Both the position numbers and the translations under genes were made by a program. 64,000 bases of DNA from Pirellulales bacterium (lineage in GTDB: Bacteria; Planctomycetota; Planctomycetia; Pirellulales; JAICIG01): positions 330,599 to 394,598 of the forward strand of contig JBBDYJ010000010.1 in NCBI GenBank assembly GCA_040901675.1. The letters are read 5' to 3'. The notes beneath the pieces are model-generated. The model saw only the letters and a program-made list of their open reading frames with translations. It made no database searches and was not told the DNA's origin. The stretch's first letter is position 1. Every line of letters starts with the position of its first letter. Below are positions 50,009 through 59,263 of the stretch, one piece after another.

Positions 50009-50890
50009 GTGCCGGGCTTTTCCATTCGGTGCCCCAAGTGCGAGAAACGGCTGGCGGTCAATCCTGAGATGCTGGGACACATGTCGGCCTGCCCCAGTTG
50101 CGGCGCCCGGTTCCGATTGCCCGCCAATGCCGCGGACAAGGGGTCGGCCGACGCCGCGCCCCCGGTTGCCGAGACGGCGCCCGACAGTGCGACTGCCGCG
50201 CCGCCTTTGCCTCCTCCGATTCCATCCGACCACGCGACGCCGCCTGCCAGCGACCCCGCGCCCGGGCCATTCCTGCCTGGCCAGACCACTGCCTGCCCGC
50301 ATTGCAGCCAGCCGATCGCTATCGATCCACAAACAGCCGGTGCGGCCGTCGCCTGCCCTCACTGTGGCGGTGAGTTTCAAATGCCAGGACCTGGTCCGCT
50401 GGTCCGGACACAAACCGCTCAGGACCCGTTCGCGCGCCGCCGGCGCCGCGTCGCGCTGGTTGACGTTGCCGCATCCGTCATCGACTGGAGGTTCCAGCAT
50501 TACGTTACCCCGTGGATCATTCGAGCCGTGTGGGTGGCCGCTCTCGTAGTGGCCTGCGTGTATTGCCTGGTAGCCGGAGGGCTGGCCGTCTACGTGGGCA
50601 TCACGGCGGGCGGCGAACCAGAGCCTTCGCAATTCGGCCGCGAGAACCCGTTTGGCATCCCAGAGCTTGAAAGCGACGAGCCGCCCGCCACATCGCCGCT
50701 GATCCGCTTCGCGCAAAGAGTCTTCGGTACGGTCTTCGCCTTCCTGCTGAGCGTCAGCATGACATTCTTGGGCCTGGTGGTGTTACGCGTATACCTTGAA
50801 ATCATCGCCGTGCTCTTCAACATCGCCGCGACCCTGGCTGCCATGCGATCGCGGCTGGATCAAGCCGACAGCCAGCAGCGAGCCGGCTGA
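50009..50890 (+). CDS. Zinc-ribbon + DUF4282-like membrane protein
   Basis: CPKC/CPSC/CPHC x2; DWRFQHYVTPWII..., RVYLEI.AVLF.IA; GGGAGG RBS before GTG. Confidence 0.78.
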   Translation: MPGFSIRCPKCEKRLAVNPEMLGHMSACPSCGARFRLPANAADKGSADAAPPVAETAPDSATAAPPLPPPIPSDHATPPASDPAPGPFLPGQTTACPHCSQPIAIDPQTAGAAVACPHCGGEFQMPGPGPLVRTQTAQDPFARRRRRVALVDVAASVIDWRFQHYVTPWIIRAVWVAALVVACVYCLVAGGLAVYVGITAGGEPEPSQFGRENPFGIPELESDEPPATSPLIRFAQRVFGTVFAFLLSVSMTFLGLVVLRVYLEIIAVLFNIAATLAAMRSRLDQADSQQRAG

Positions 50891-51067
50891 CCCCGCCGGT
50901 GGCTCTTGGCCGGGCAGGCCCCCCATCTACCATCGTTTCAGAGCGGCTGTTAGACTGGGACCTTCAGTCATGCATTCGATGAGCAGGACGTCCCGGCGCG
51001 GCGGGATCGCCCGTCCAAACGGCCTGGGAAGGCCGCCCTCCATAATCCAAGCAAGGTAACAACTCAG

Positions 51068-52831
51068 GTGTTCAGCGAAGGGTCGCGAAGCGAAGTGTCC
51101 GGGGCGGATCCAACAGGCCAATCGGCCGGCAGCCAGCAGCCGTCGCATCCCAGCGCCGCCAAACCCCAGGTGCGGCAGCCTGGCGTGGAGCAAACCGGCC
51201 AGCCGGAATCGGCCCAACAAGCCGCATCGCCGCAAGCCGACCAGCCGGCGGAGACCCCCGCTCCGGCGGTGAGTATTCCACCGCCCCAGCGGATCAAGAT
51301 CGGCTCGCAACGTCCGGCCAGCCCGCCGGTCAAGGCCACACCGCCGTTGTCGGCCGTTCCACCCGCCGGCCATCCCGCATCGCAATCTCCTGCTTCACCC
51401 CCCGTCCACAGCGAAGCGCCGCCCGCCACGCCGCCGCACACGAGCCCGACGCGCGAGCGAGAGGACCACCCACTCCACTCCACTGCCGCCGCCACGCCGC
51501 CGACCCAGTCCGAACAGCAGCCTGCCGAAGCCCAGACGGAACCCGCGCCGCGATCGAAGAAAAAACGTGAAGCAGCCGTCGAGCGGCCGCGCAAGTTTCC
51601 CGTCCCCAACATCCGCGGTGAACTGCCGCTGGAATTGGAGTTGGAGGTCGCCGCCGCGCTGGGCGGCCTCTCGCTCGACGAAGTGCTCGACCCGGCCGCC
51701 GCGCCCGCGGCCAAGGATTACCAGCCCGAGGAGCACGCGCAGGCACGAGTCGTGTCCGTGCACCGCGACAACGTCTTCGTCACCTTGGGGGGCCGCGACC
51801 AGGGTCTCTTGTCGCTGCGGCAGTTTGCCGAGCCGCCCCAGCCGGGAGCCATCATCGAGGTCGTCGTCGGCCGCTTCGACCCCGAAGAAGGGCTCTACCA
51901 GTTGACGCTCCCCGGCGCGGCCGCCGACGTGGGCGACTGGTCCGACGTGTCCGAAGGCATGCTGGTCGAGGCCCGCATCACCGGTCACAACAAGGGCGGC
52001 CTGGAGTGCGAAGTCAACCGCTTGCGCGGCTTTATTCCCATCAGCCAGGTTTCGATGTACCGCGTCGACGACCTCGCCCAGTTCGTGGGCGAGAAGATGA
52101 CCTGCGTCGTCACCGAGGCCAATGCCGAAAAACGCAACCTGGTCCTCAGCCGACGGGCCGCCCTCGAACGCGACCGGGCCGAAGCCAAAACCCGCCTGAT
52201 GTCCGAGCTGGCCGAGGGGCAGGTCCGCGAAGGCGTCGTGCGCAGCCTCCGCGACTATGGCGCCTTTGTCGACCTGGGGGGCGTGGACGGCCTGTTGCAC
52301 GTCAGTCAGCTTGCCTGGCAGCGCGTCAAGCATCCCAGCGAAGTGTTGCAGCTTGGCCAGACCATCAACGTGAAGATCAAGAAGATCGATACCGAGACCG
52401 GCAAGATCAGCCTGGCGCTGCGCGACCTCACCGAGAACCCATGGACCACCGCGGCCCAGCGCTATCCCGTGACCAGCACCGTGGCGGGCACCGTCACGAA
52501 AATCATGGACTTCGGCGCCTTTGTCGAGTTGGAGCCGGGCATCGAAGGCCTGGTACACATCTCCGAGCTGGCCCACGGCCGCGTCTGGCGGGCCGGCGAC
52601 GTGGTCAAGGAAGGCCAAGAGGTCGAAGCCAAGGTGCTGTCGGTCGATGTCGAGCAGCAGCGGATCGGCCTGTCGATGAAGGCCTTGATGGCCCGGGCCG
52701 AGCCGGCCAAGAAACCCGAACCTGAAGTCGAAGAGCCCGCGCCCGCCAGTCCGCAGCCCAAGCGCCAGGTTCCCTTGAAAGGCGGCACCGGCCGCGCCTC
52801 CGGCGGCGACCAGTTCGGCCTCAAGCTCTAG
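51068..52831 (+). CDS. S1 RNA-binding domain protein (RpsA paralog-like) with Pro-rich N-terminus
   Basis: About four S1 domains ([36 protein letters not shown]); start uncertain. Confidence 0.88.
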   Translation: MFSEGSRSEVSGADPTGQSAGSQQPSHPSAAKPQVRQPGVEQTGQPESAQQAASPQADQPAETPAPAVSIPPPQRIKIGSQRPASPPVKATPPLSAVPPAGHPASQSPASPPVHSEAPPATPPHTSPTREREDHPLHSTAAATPPTQSEQQPAEAQTEPAPRSKKKREAAVERPRKFPVPNIRGELPLELELEVAAALGGLSLDEVLDPAAAPAAKDYQPEEHAQARVVSVHRDNVFVTLGGRDQGLLSLRQFAEPPQPGAIIEVVVGRFDPEEGLYQLTLPGAAADVGDWSDVSEGMLVEARITGHNKGGLECEVNRLRGFIPISQVSMYRVDDLAQFVGEKMTCVVTEANAEKRNLVLSRRAALERDRAEAKTRLMSELAEGQVREGVVRSLRDYGAFVDLGGVDGLLHVSQLAWQRVKHPSEVLQLGQTINVKIKKIDTETGKISLALRDLTENPWTTAAQRYPVTSTVAGTVTKIMDFGAFVELEPGIEGLVHISELAHGRVWRAGDVVKEGQEVEAKVLSVDVEQQRIGLSMKALMARAEPAKKPEPEVEEPAPASPQPKRQVPLKGGTGRASGGDQFGLKL

Positions 52832-52860
52832 GCTCTAGGCTGTAGCTCCGGTGCCTGGCG

Positions 52861-52945
52861 TCGGGTGGCTGGCGGCAAAGCGGACTTCGGACTTCGGCGA
52901 GCTCAGTCGAGTCGCGAGCTCAGTCGAGTCGTAGCGTGCCCCAGT
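52861..52945 (+). repeat. REP-like R1 with doubly nested 24-bp insert
   Basis: GACTTCG[GACTTCGGCGAGCTCAGTCGAGTC]GCGAGCTCAGTCGAGTC at 52883-52930. Confidence 0.92.
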
Positions 52946-52993
52946 GAGGCTGGAGGCTGAAGCACAACCGCGGCAGACGGCCCGGCCGTCCTA

Positions 52994-53025
52994 CTCTGCC
53001 TTCCTCCTTCCTCCTTCCTCCTTCT
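52994..53025 (+). repeat. Heptamer repeat (CTTCCTC)n
   Basis: CTCTGCCTTCCTCCTTCCTCCTTCCTCCTTCT. Confidence 0.8.
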
Positions 53026-53028
53026 GAA

Positions 53029-53475
53029 TCACCAGTCCGTTTCGGCCGTCTGCAGCGTCCCTAGCACGGCCGTCTGCCAGCGTGCGCAGCGCACGTACTG
53101 CTGGTTGAGCAGCGTCACCAGGTCGTGGTGGTCGATCGGCTTCAGCAGGTAGTCGCTGGCGCCATACTCGACGGCCTCGGCGATCTTGTCCCAGGTCGAG
53201 TGGCCCGTGATAAAGATCACCTGGGTCCAGGCGTTGCGCCGCTTGGCGAACCGCAGCATGTCCAGTCCGTCGATGCCCGGCATCTGCAGGTCGGAAATCA
53301 GGATGTCGCAGCAGTTCTGGTCGAGCCAACGACGCGCCTCGTCGGGATCCGACAGGCCGTACACGACCATCCGGTCTCCCAGGTTCCGCTCGATGACCAG
53401 CGTCAACAGCCGGACCATGGCTGGGTCGTCGTCGATCACCAGTAGATTCAGCTTGCGTGCCATGGCGTTGTGCAT
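53029..53475 (-). CDS. Response regulator (receiver domain)
   Basis: VIDDD, DILISDLQMPGIDG, ITGH, DYLLKP. Confidence 0.92.
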   Translation of the reverse strand: MHNAMARKLNLLVIDDDPAMVRLLTLVIERNLGDRMVVYGLSDPDEARRWLDQNCCDILISDLQMPGIDGLDMLRFAKRRNAWTQVIFITGHSTWDKIAEAVEYGASDYLLKPIDHHDLVTLLNQQYVRCARWQTAVLGTLQTAETDW

Positions 53476-53827
53476 GGGGCTCTCCTTGCTGCGACAAAAA
53501 AACGGCATTCGGTCCCAAGCAAATATAGGTTACCCTGCCGGGCGGTCCGCACGCCCCGACCCCTTGCCAGCCTGGTGCGGCCCGCGGCCCGCCACGGGCA
53601 ATTCGTCCCGCGGCTAGTTGGGCCACGTGTAGCGGTTGTGACGCTGCCGTCGGCTGCCGCCGGTCGAGCGGCGGGCGACGTGCGGAAAATCGCAAACCGA
53701 AGTGCACTCATGTCTTGTGCCTCGCGGCCAGCCGGCTTTGTGAATTGTTTGTGACCGCCGCGGCTCCAGCGGCAACTAACAATTCGTCAAGGGGCGTGCA
53801 GGCAAAGCCGGAGAGACGCGACAACGT

Positions 53828-54394
53828 GTGGGCATTGGATTGGAACTTACCGAGCGAACCGACGAACAGTTGGCGGCCGAGGCTGCCCGCGAGGGCTCCG
53901 ACGGCCCGGCCTTCGTGGCGCTCGTCGAGCGTTACTCGCAGCGCGTGTGGCGGATCTGCTACCGGCTGCTGGGAAACGCCGACGATGCCAGCGACGCAGC
54001 CCAGGAAGTCTTCGTCCGCTTGTTCGTCTCGCGCGGAAAGTACCAGGCCCGCTCCAAGTATTCCACCTGGCTGCACGGCTTGGCGGTGCGGACCTGCCTG
54101 GCCCTGCGGCGCAGCCGCGGCCGGCGCCGCCGCCGGGAAGGCGGTTCGGAAGCGATGATCCACGAGGCCCAGGCGCCCGAGGCCCAGCGGGGCGGCGCGG
54201 CGCTGTCCGACGACCTGCTGGAGATGCTCGATGAGTTGGACGAGATCGACCGGGCCCTGGTGATCCTGAAATACGCGGAGAACTACAGCTACGAGGAGTT
54301 GGCGAGCATTTTCGAGCTCTCGGTCAGCGCCTGCAAGATGCGCGTCAGCCGGGCCCGCGACCGAGTCCAGAAAAAGCACCAAGGCTCGGAGTGA
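53828..54394 (+). CDS. ECF RNA polymerase sigma factor
   Basis: DASDAAQEVF, YSTWL, YSYEELA....SACKMRVSRAR. Confidence 0.92.
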   Translation: MGIGLELTERTDEQLAAEAAREGSDGPAFVALVERYSQRVWRICYRLLGNADDASDAAQEVFVRLFVSRGKYQARSKYSTWLHGLAVRTCLALRRSRGRRRRREGGSEAMIHEAQAPEAQRGGAALSDDLLEMLDELDEIDRALVILKYAENYSYEELASIFELSVSACKMRVSRARDRVQKKHQGSE

Positions 54395-54417
54395 ACCCGC
54401 CAGAGTGGGTGGGGATA

Positions 54418-54455
54418 TCGGGTGCCTGGGGCAAAGCGGTAGCGTGCCCCAGTTG
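54418..54455 (+). repeat. REP-like R1, empty copy
   Basis: TCGGGTGCCTGGGGCAAAGCGGTAGCGTGCCCCAGTTG. Confidence 0.9.
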
Positions 54456-54518
54456 CTTCGTAGTGACCGCATTCATGCGGTCTGGCGGCGGCGTGGGGCT
54501 ATTGGAAGGCAGTTTGAG

Positions 54519-54755
54519 ATGAACACTGATTTGTTCGACGACTTGGCCACCGGCGAAGTGCCGCCCCTGCCGGTGGACTTCGACCGCTCGGTGCACCAGC
54601 GGCTGAATCGCGTGCTGGTGTTCTCGCAGGCGGCCGAGGTGGTGTTTCAGGTCTTGCCCTATGCCTTGGCCCATTTTGTCCAGGCCTTGATGGGGTTGGC
54701 CGCGTTTACTTTGTCGGGGCGTAACCCGGCTGCGGATTCTTCGGATCACGTCTAA
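54519..54755 (+). CDS. Small membrane protein (possible anti-sigma-like)
   Basis: VPPLPVDFDRSVHQRL followed by a hydrophobic helix; lies between the ECF sigma and the channel gene. Confidence 0.6.
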   Translation: MNTDLFDDLATGEVPPLPVDFDRSVHQRLNRVLVFSQAAEVVFQVLPYALAHFVQALMGLAAFTLSGRNPAADSSDHV

Positions 54756-54768
54756 CAGGAGCAGAGAC

Positions 54769-55614
54769 ATGCAAACGTTCAACACGAACAACTTCGAGAC
54801 TTGGGGTGAGGCCCTCGTGGCCAGTTTCACCCGCGCCTTCGGCCAGATCATCGGCTTGCTGCCCAACGTGGTGGCCATGCTCGTGGTCCTGGTCGTCGGT
54901 TACATCGTGGCACGCGTCCTCGACAAGTTCGCCGCCACGCTGGCCCACTCGCTCGGCCTGGAGACCGCCGCCGAGCGGAGCGGCCTGGTCCAGTCGATGA
55001 AGCAGGTGGGCATCCACCGCACGGTCCCCGCCATCGTGGGCCAGATCGTCTTCTGGCTGACGATGTGCGTCTTCCTGACCGCGGGCTTCAACATCCTCGG
55101 CCTCCAGACCGTCTCGACGGCCATGGAGCGGATCGTGGCTTACATCCCCAACCTGCTGGTGGCCACCGTCGTGGTGGTGATCGGCCTGTTGGTGGCCGGC
55201 CTGCTGCGGGGCGTGATCGCCACCGGCGCCGACCGGATCGGCGTGACCTATGCCGAGAATCTGGCCAATGCCTGCTATTACGTGCTGGCCCTGATGACTT
55301 TCATCGGCGCCTTCGACCAGCTTGGCATCCAGTTCGGCCTGCTCAAGGAGATGATCCTGATCGCCTTCGCCGCGTTGGCCTTGGGCTTCGGCCTGGCCTT
55401 CGGCCTGGGCGGCCGCGAGGTGATGGGCGGCATCCTGGCCGGCTACTACACTCGCCAGCGGCTGCACACCGGCGACCGCGTCCACGTGGCCGGCCTGGAC
55501 GGCGTGGTGCGTGAAGTCGGTCCGGTGGCCACGGTGATTGAGACCGACGAGGACGGTCTCTTGAACCGTCGCAGCGTTCCCAACACCAGGATGCTCGCCG
55601 AGGCCGTGCGGTAG
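54769..55614 (+). CDS. TM-helix repeat / MscS-like (CmpX-like) membrane protein
   Basis: LLPNVV..., YIPNLL..., LAFGLGGR, GDRVHV MscS beta domain. Confidence 0.88.
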   Translation: MQTFNTNNFETWGEALVASFTRAFGQIIGLLPNVVAMLVVLVVGYIVARVLDKFAATLAHSLGLETAAERSGLVQSMKQVGIHRTVPAIVGQIVFWLTMCVFLTAGFNILGLQTVSTAMERIVAYIPNLLVATVVVVIGLLVAGLLRGVIATGADRIGVTYAENLANACYYVLALMTFIGAFDQLGIQFGLLKEMILIAFAALALGFGLAFGLGGREVMGGILAGYYTRQRLHTGDRVHVAGLDGVVREVGPVATVIETDEDGLLNRRSVPNTRMLAEAVR

Positions 55615-55648
55615 AGTGGGGCCGGCAGAGAAGAGCGTCTCGCTCACC

Positions 55649-55684
55649 ACCCCGGGGAAGGCAACTTCCCCGGGGTCTTTTTTT
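55649..55684 (+). terminator. Rho-independent terminator
   Basis: ACCCCGGGGAAG-GCAA-CTTCCCCGGGGT followed by a T tract. Confidence 0.88.
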
Positions 55685-55696
55685 GGTGTCCCCAAA

Positions 55697-55721
55697 GTAG
55701 CAGGCACACTCCGTGTGCCGT
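55697..55721 (+). repeat. GTAG-type REP (family R5)
   Basis: GTAGCAGGCACACTCCGTGTGCCGT; truncated copy at 60992. Confidence 0.65.
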
Positions 55722-55745
55722 AGCGGCATCTTCTGCGACTGCCGT

Positions 55746-55958
55746 GTGCCACTGCTTGAAGGCCGCCGCCCGTGGCGGCCTTCAAGCAGTGTTCCCCCCG
55801 ACTGCTAGCATTCCCAGCACTCGATTCGTCTGGGTGCCTGCCGGCCGCTCGGCTACAATTTCGCCCACGAATATCGCGACTGGGTGCGGGAGGGGGACAA
55901 CGCGACGCGAGCACTGCTTGAACGACGCCGCAACGCGGCGTCGTTCAAGCAGTGGCAC
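55746..55958. repeat. REP-like R2 inverted doublet
   Basis: Two hairpins CACTGCTTGAA...TTCAAGCAGTG (55750-55791, 55912-55954) with GTGC/GCAC tails on the outer ends. Confidence 0.85.
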
Positions 55959-56044
55959 GGGAGGGGCGGTTACGGCACACGGAGCGTGACCTGCTACAAA
56001 ACGGGCGCGCCGGGATGCCTGCGACTTTAACCGGGAAAAAGCGA

Positions 56045-59000
56045 ATGTCTGGTCATGGACGACCGCGATGGCTCTACAAGGGCCTGCTGCTGATCTGGGC
56101 CGCCTGCCACGCCGGCACACCGATCCAGGCCGATGAAACGCCGGCCGCCTTGCCTTGGCTGCGGGCGATGCAGGACGACGCGGAACTCACCGACGTCGCG
56201 TTCGTCGATGCACGGCACGGCTGGGCCGTCGGCGACCAGGGCGCTATCTGGGCCACCAGCGACGGCGGACGGCGCTGGCGGCTGCAAACAACAGGCGTCG
56301 CCTGCCGCTTGGAAAGCGTCTCGTTCCTCGATGCCCAAAACGGCTGGGCCGCCGGCGGCTTTAGCTATCCCTACCTGCACACCACCCAGGGTGTCCTGCT
56401 GCGCACACGCGACGGCGGCCGCACCTGGCTCCAGGACAAGACGCTCCTCTTGCCGGCGCTCAAACGCGTCAAGTTCTTCGGCGGCGCCGCCGGCTGGGCC
56501 TTCGGCGAGTCGTCGGCCCTGTTCCCCCAGGGAATCGCCGCCACGCAGGACGGCGGCCGCTCCTGGTCGCCTTGCCTGGGCCTGCAAACGCAAAGCTGGC
56601 TGGCCGGCGACTTCCTCGATCCCGCCAGCGGCGCCTTGGCCGGCCGGTCGGGCACGTTGGCGGCCGTGCGCCGGCGGACCATCGAGGAAGCGGTCAGCGG
56701 CGGCCCTGGCTTGCGCGGCGCGAAACGCGTCAAGCTCGCTCAAGCGGGCGGCTGGCTGGTGGGCGACGGAGATCTCGTCCTGGCCAGCGCCGACCTGGGC
56801 CGCACGTGGCAGGCGCCGCCCGGCGATCCACGACTGGCTGCCGGCGAAGGCTTCGATTGGCGAGCGGTCGAAGTGCGCGGATCCAATTGCTGGCTCGCCG
56901 GTTCGCCGGGTACCAAGGTCCTGCACTCGGCCGACGGCGGACGCACCTGGCAGGCGTATCCCACGGGCCAGACGCTGCCGATCAACGCGCTGGCGTTTTG
57001 CGACGATCAGCACGGCTGGGCTGTCGGCGCCTTGGGCATGATGATGGCGACGTCGGACAGTGGCCGCACCTGGAAGCTTCAGCGCGCGGGCGGCAAGCGG
57101 GCGGCCCTGTTGGCCTTCTATAGCGAGGCCGATGCCGTTCCGCTGGAGCTGTTCGCTCGCCTGTGCGGAAACGAAGGGTACCTCGGAGTCGTCGACCTTC
57201 TCGTCCGCCGCGACCAGGAGCCAGGCCCCTCGTCGCGGCAAACATCCGGCGACCGGGCCCGCGCCGCACTGGCGGCCGTGGGCGTCAGCGCCACCGAAAC
57301 GGCCTGGGCCTTTCCTGTCCGGCAAGCGGGCCTCGCCCTGTCGGCCGAGCAACTGGCCGATGGCTGGGACCGGGCGAATGACGGGCAGGGGATCGACCGG
57401 CTCAAAGACCGCCTCGTCCGCCGCATCCGCACCTGGCGGCCCGACGTCGTCTTGACCCACGCCGCGAGTCTGCGCGGCGACGACCCGTTGGGCCACCTCG
57501 TCAACCAGGTTGTGCTCCAGGCCGTTCAGCAGGCGGCCGACCCCCACTACTCCCCCGCGCAATCGAGCCGGATGGGCCTGGAGCCATGGGAAGTCAAGAA
57601 GGTGTTCGGCGGCCTTGCCGCTGGGCAGCTCGGCCAGGTCAACGTCACGACGGCGCAGTTGGCCGGCACATTAGGCTGCTCGCTGGCCGAGCAGGCCGCC
57701 GGCCCCCGCGGCTTGATCCACGACGAGTTCCAGCCCGCCCCCGCCACGTTCGGCTTCCGGCTGTATGTCGACACGCTGCCGCAGGGATTGGGAGAGCGCG
57801 ATTTTTTCAGCGGCATCACGCTGCACCCGGCCGGCGAAGCCCGCCGAGCGACGCTTCAGACACAGTCCCACGACATCGACCTGATGCGGCGCATGGCGCA
57901 TAAGCACCGCAACGTGCAGGCCATCCTTGCCTGGAACCAGCATGGCGAAGATGACCGGGCACGTTTCCTGGCCCAGATCGGCGAATTGACCGATGGACTC
58001 GACGACCTCCGCGCCGGCGAATTGCTCTACCAATTGGCACAAGAGTACTGTCGCTCCGGCCGCTTCGAGCTGGCGGTCGAAACGTTCGGCCTGCTCGCCG
58101 CCGGCAAGCCGCAGCACCCGCTCACGCCCGCCGCACTGGTGTGGATGGTGCAATACTGGTCCAGCGGCGAGGCGGCCTGGCGCGCCGCCCGCGCCCAAGC
58201 TGCCACGGACCCCCAGGCGGCGCTCGCCAACGGTCCGCCGGCTCCCAATCGCGGCGATCCGGTGCCGCCTCTCGGCCAGGCCGCCGGCAGGCCTCCCGGC
58301 GAACCAGCCGCGCTCGAATTGCAACCGCTGGCACGAAGTCCGGAAGAACTGTCGGCCGCTCGAGCGGCCCGCGCCGTGGCGCTGTGCGGCGTGTTGCAAA
58401 AGACGCATGCCGCCGCCTACGCCGAGCCCTCGCTCCGGTTCATGCTTGCCGCCGCTCAGCGCCGCTCAGGCTTGCACCGCGAGGCCGAGCGCTTCTATCA
58501 CGACGTCATCCGCACGCGCCCGCACGATGCCTGGTGGGCCGCCGCGGCCGCAGAGCAGTGGCTGCTCGAACGGACCGGCGAACCGCCCAAGAGCGTCGCC
58601 AGAGCCACGACCGGGCCCCGCCCTTACTTGGACGGCCTTCTGGACGACGCGATCTGGCGCGATGCACGGCCGCAGCAGCTCACCAGCGCTCTGGGCGACG
58701 ACGGCCAGTGGCCTGCCGTGGCGCTGGTGGCCTACGACGAGCGGTTCTTGTATCTCGCCCTCGATTGCCGGCAGGCGCCCGGCGCCCAACACCATCCCGG
58801 CAGTGGGCCGCGGCCTCACGACGCCGATCTGAGCCGGCACGACCGCGTCGATTTCTTCATCGACCTCGACCGCGATTGGACCACGTACTACCGGCTGTCG
58901 ATCGACTGCCGCGGCTGGACCGGCGAGGCCTGCGTCGGCGACGCGGCCTGGAATCCCACCTGGTTTGTCGCCGCCCGGCCCGCCGATGGCCGCTGGACGG

Positions 59001-59170
59001 CCGAAGCGGCCATCGCGCTCGACGAGCTCTCCAGCGAGCCGCCCGCCGGCGGCCCGGTCTGGGCGCTGGGGGTGCAGCGCACGGTGCCCGGCGTCGGCTT
59101 TCAGAGCTGGACCACGCCGGCGGCCACGGCGGTCATGCCCGAAGGATTTGGGTACTTGATCTTCGACTGA
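56045..59170 (+). CDS. YCF48-like BNR-repeat protein with PIG-L-like middle, TPR-like helices and CBM9-like C-terminus
   Basis: Multiple T.DGG..W Asp-boxes; IRTWRPDVVLTH; PYLDGLLDDAIW...YDERFLY. Confidence 0.85.
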   Translation: MSGHGRPRWLYKGLLLIWAACHAGTPIQADETPAALPWLRAMQDDAELTDVAFVDARHGWAVGDQGAIWATSDGGRRWRLQTTGVACRLESVSFLDAQNGWAAGGFSYPYLHTTQGVLLRTRDGGRTWLQDKTLLLPALKRVKFFGGAAGWAFGESSALFPQGIAATQDGGRSWSPCLGLQTQSWLAGDFLDPASGALAGRSGTLAAVRRRTIEEAVSGGPGLRGAKRVKLAQAGGWLVGDGDLVLASADLGRTWQAPPGDPRLAAGEGFDWRAVEVRGSNCWLAGSPGTKVLHSADGGRTWQAYPTGQTLPINALAFCDDQHGWAVGALGMMMATSDSGRTWKLQRAGGKRAALLAFYSEADAVPLELFARLCGNEGYLGVVDLLVRRDQEPGPSSRQTSGDRARAALAAVGVSATETAWAFPVRQAGLALSAEQLADGWDRANDGQGIDRLKDRLVRRIRTWRPDVVLTHAASLRGDDPLGHLVNQVVLQAVQQAADPHYSPAQSSRMGLEPWEVKKVFGGLAAGQLGQVNVTTAQLAGTLGCSLAEQAAGPRGLIHDEFQPAPATFGFRLYVDTLPQGLGERDFFSGITLHPAGEARRATLQTQSHDIDLMRRMAHKHRNVQAILAWNQHGEDDRARFLAQIGELTDGLDDLRAGELLYQLAQEYCRSGRFELAVETFGLLAAGKPQHPLTPAALVWMVQYWSSGEAAWRAARAQAATDPQAALANGPPAPNRGDPVPPLGQAAGRPPGEPAALELQPLARSPEELSAARAARAVALCGVLQKTHAAAYAEPSLRFMLAAAQRRSGLHREAERFYHDVIRTRPHDAWWAAAAAEQWLLERTGEPPKSVARATTGPRPYLDGLLDDAIWRDARPQQLTSALGDDGQWPAVALVAYDERFLYLALDCRQAPGAQHHPGSGPRPHDADLSRHDRVDFFIDLDRDWTTYYRLSIDCRGWTGEACVGDAAWNPTWFVAARPADGRWTAEAAIALDELSSEPPAGGPVWALGVQRTVPGVGFQSWTTPAATAVMPEGFGYLIFD

Positions 59171-59263
59171 TCATGCCTAGGCTATGTGGACGTGCCGTGC
59201 GGCGGCCGCCCCGCCGCCGTGGCTTGTCTCAGCCAAGTAAAACCGCGCGAAGGAGCGCTCCCG

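Noticed and set aside
51068..52831. Calling the gene rpsA
   Set aside because: Only about four S1 domains and a long Pro-rich N-terminus; more likely a paralog, so no symbol given.
56045..59170. Photosystem II assembly role
   Set aside because: YCF48-like BNR repeats are widespread in non-phototrophs and no photosynthesis genes are present.
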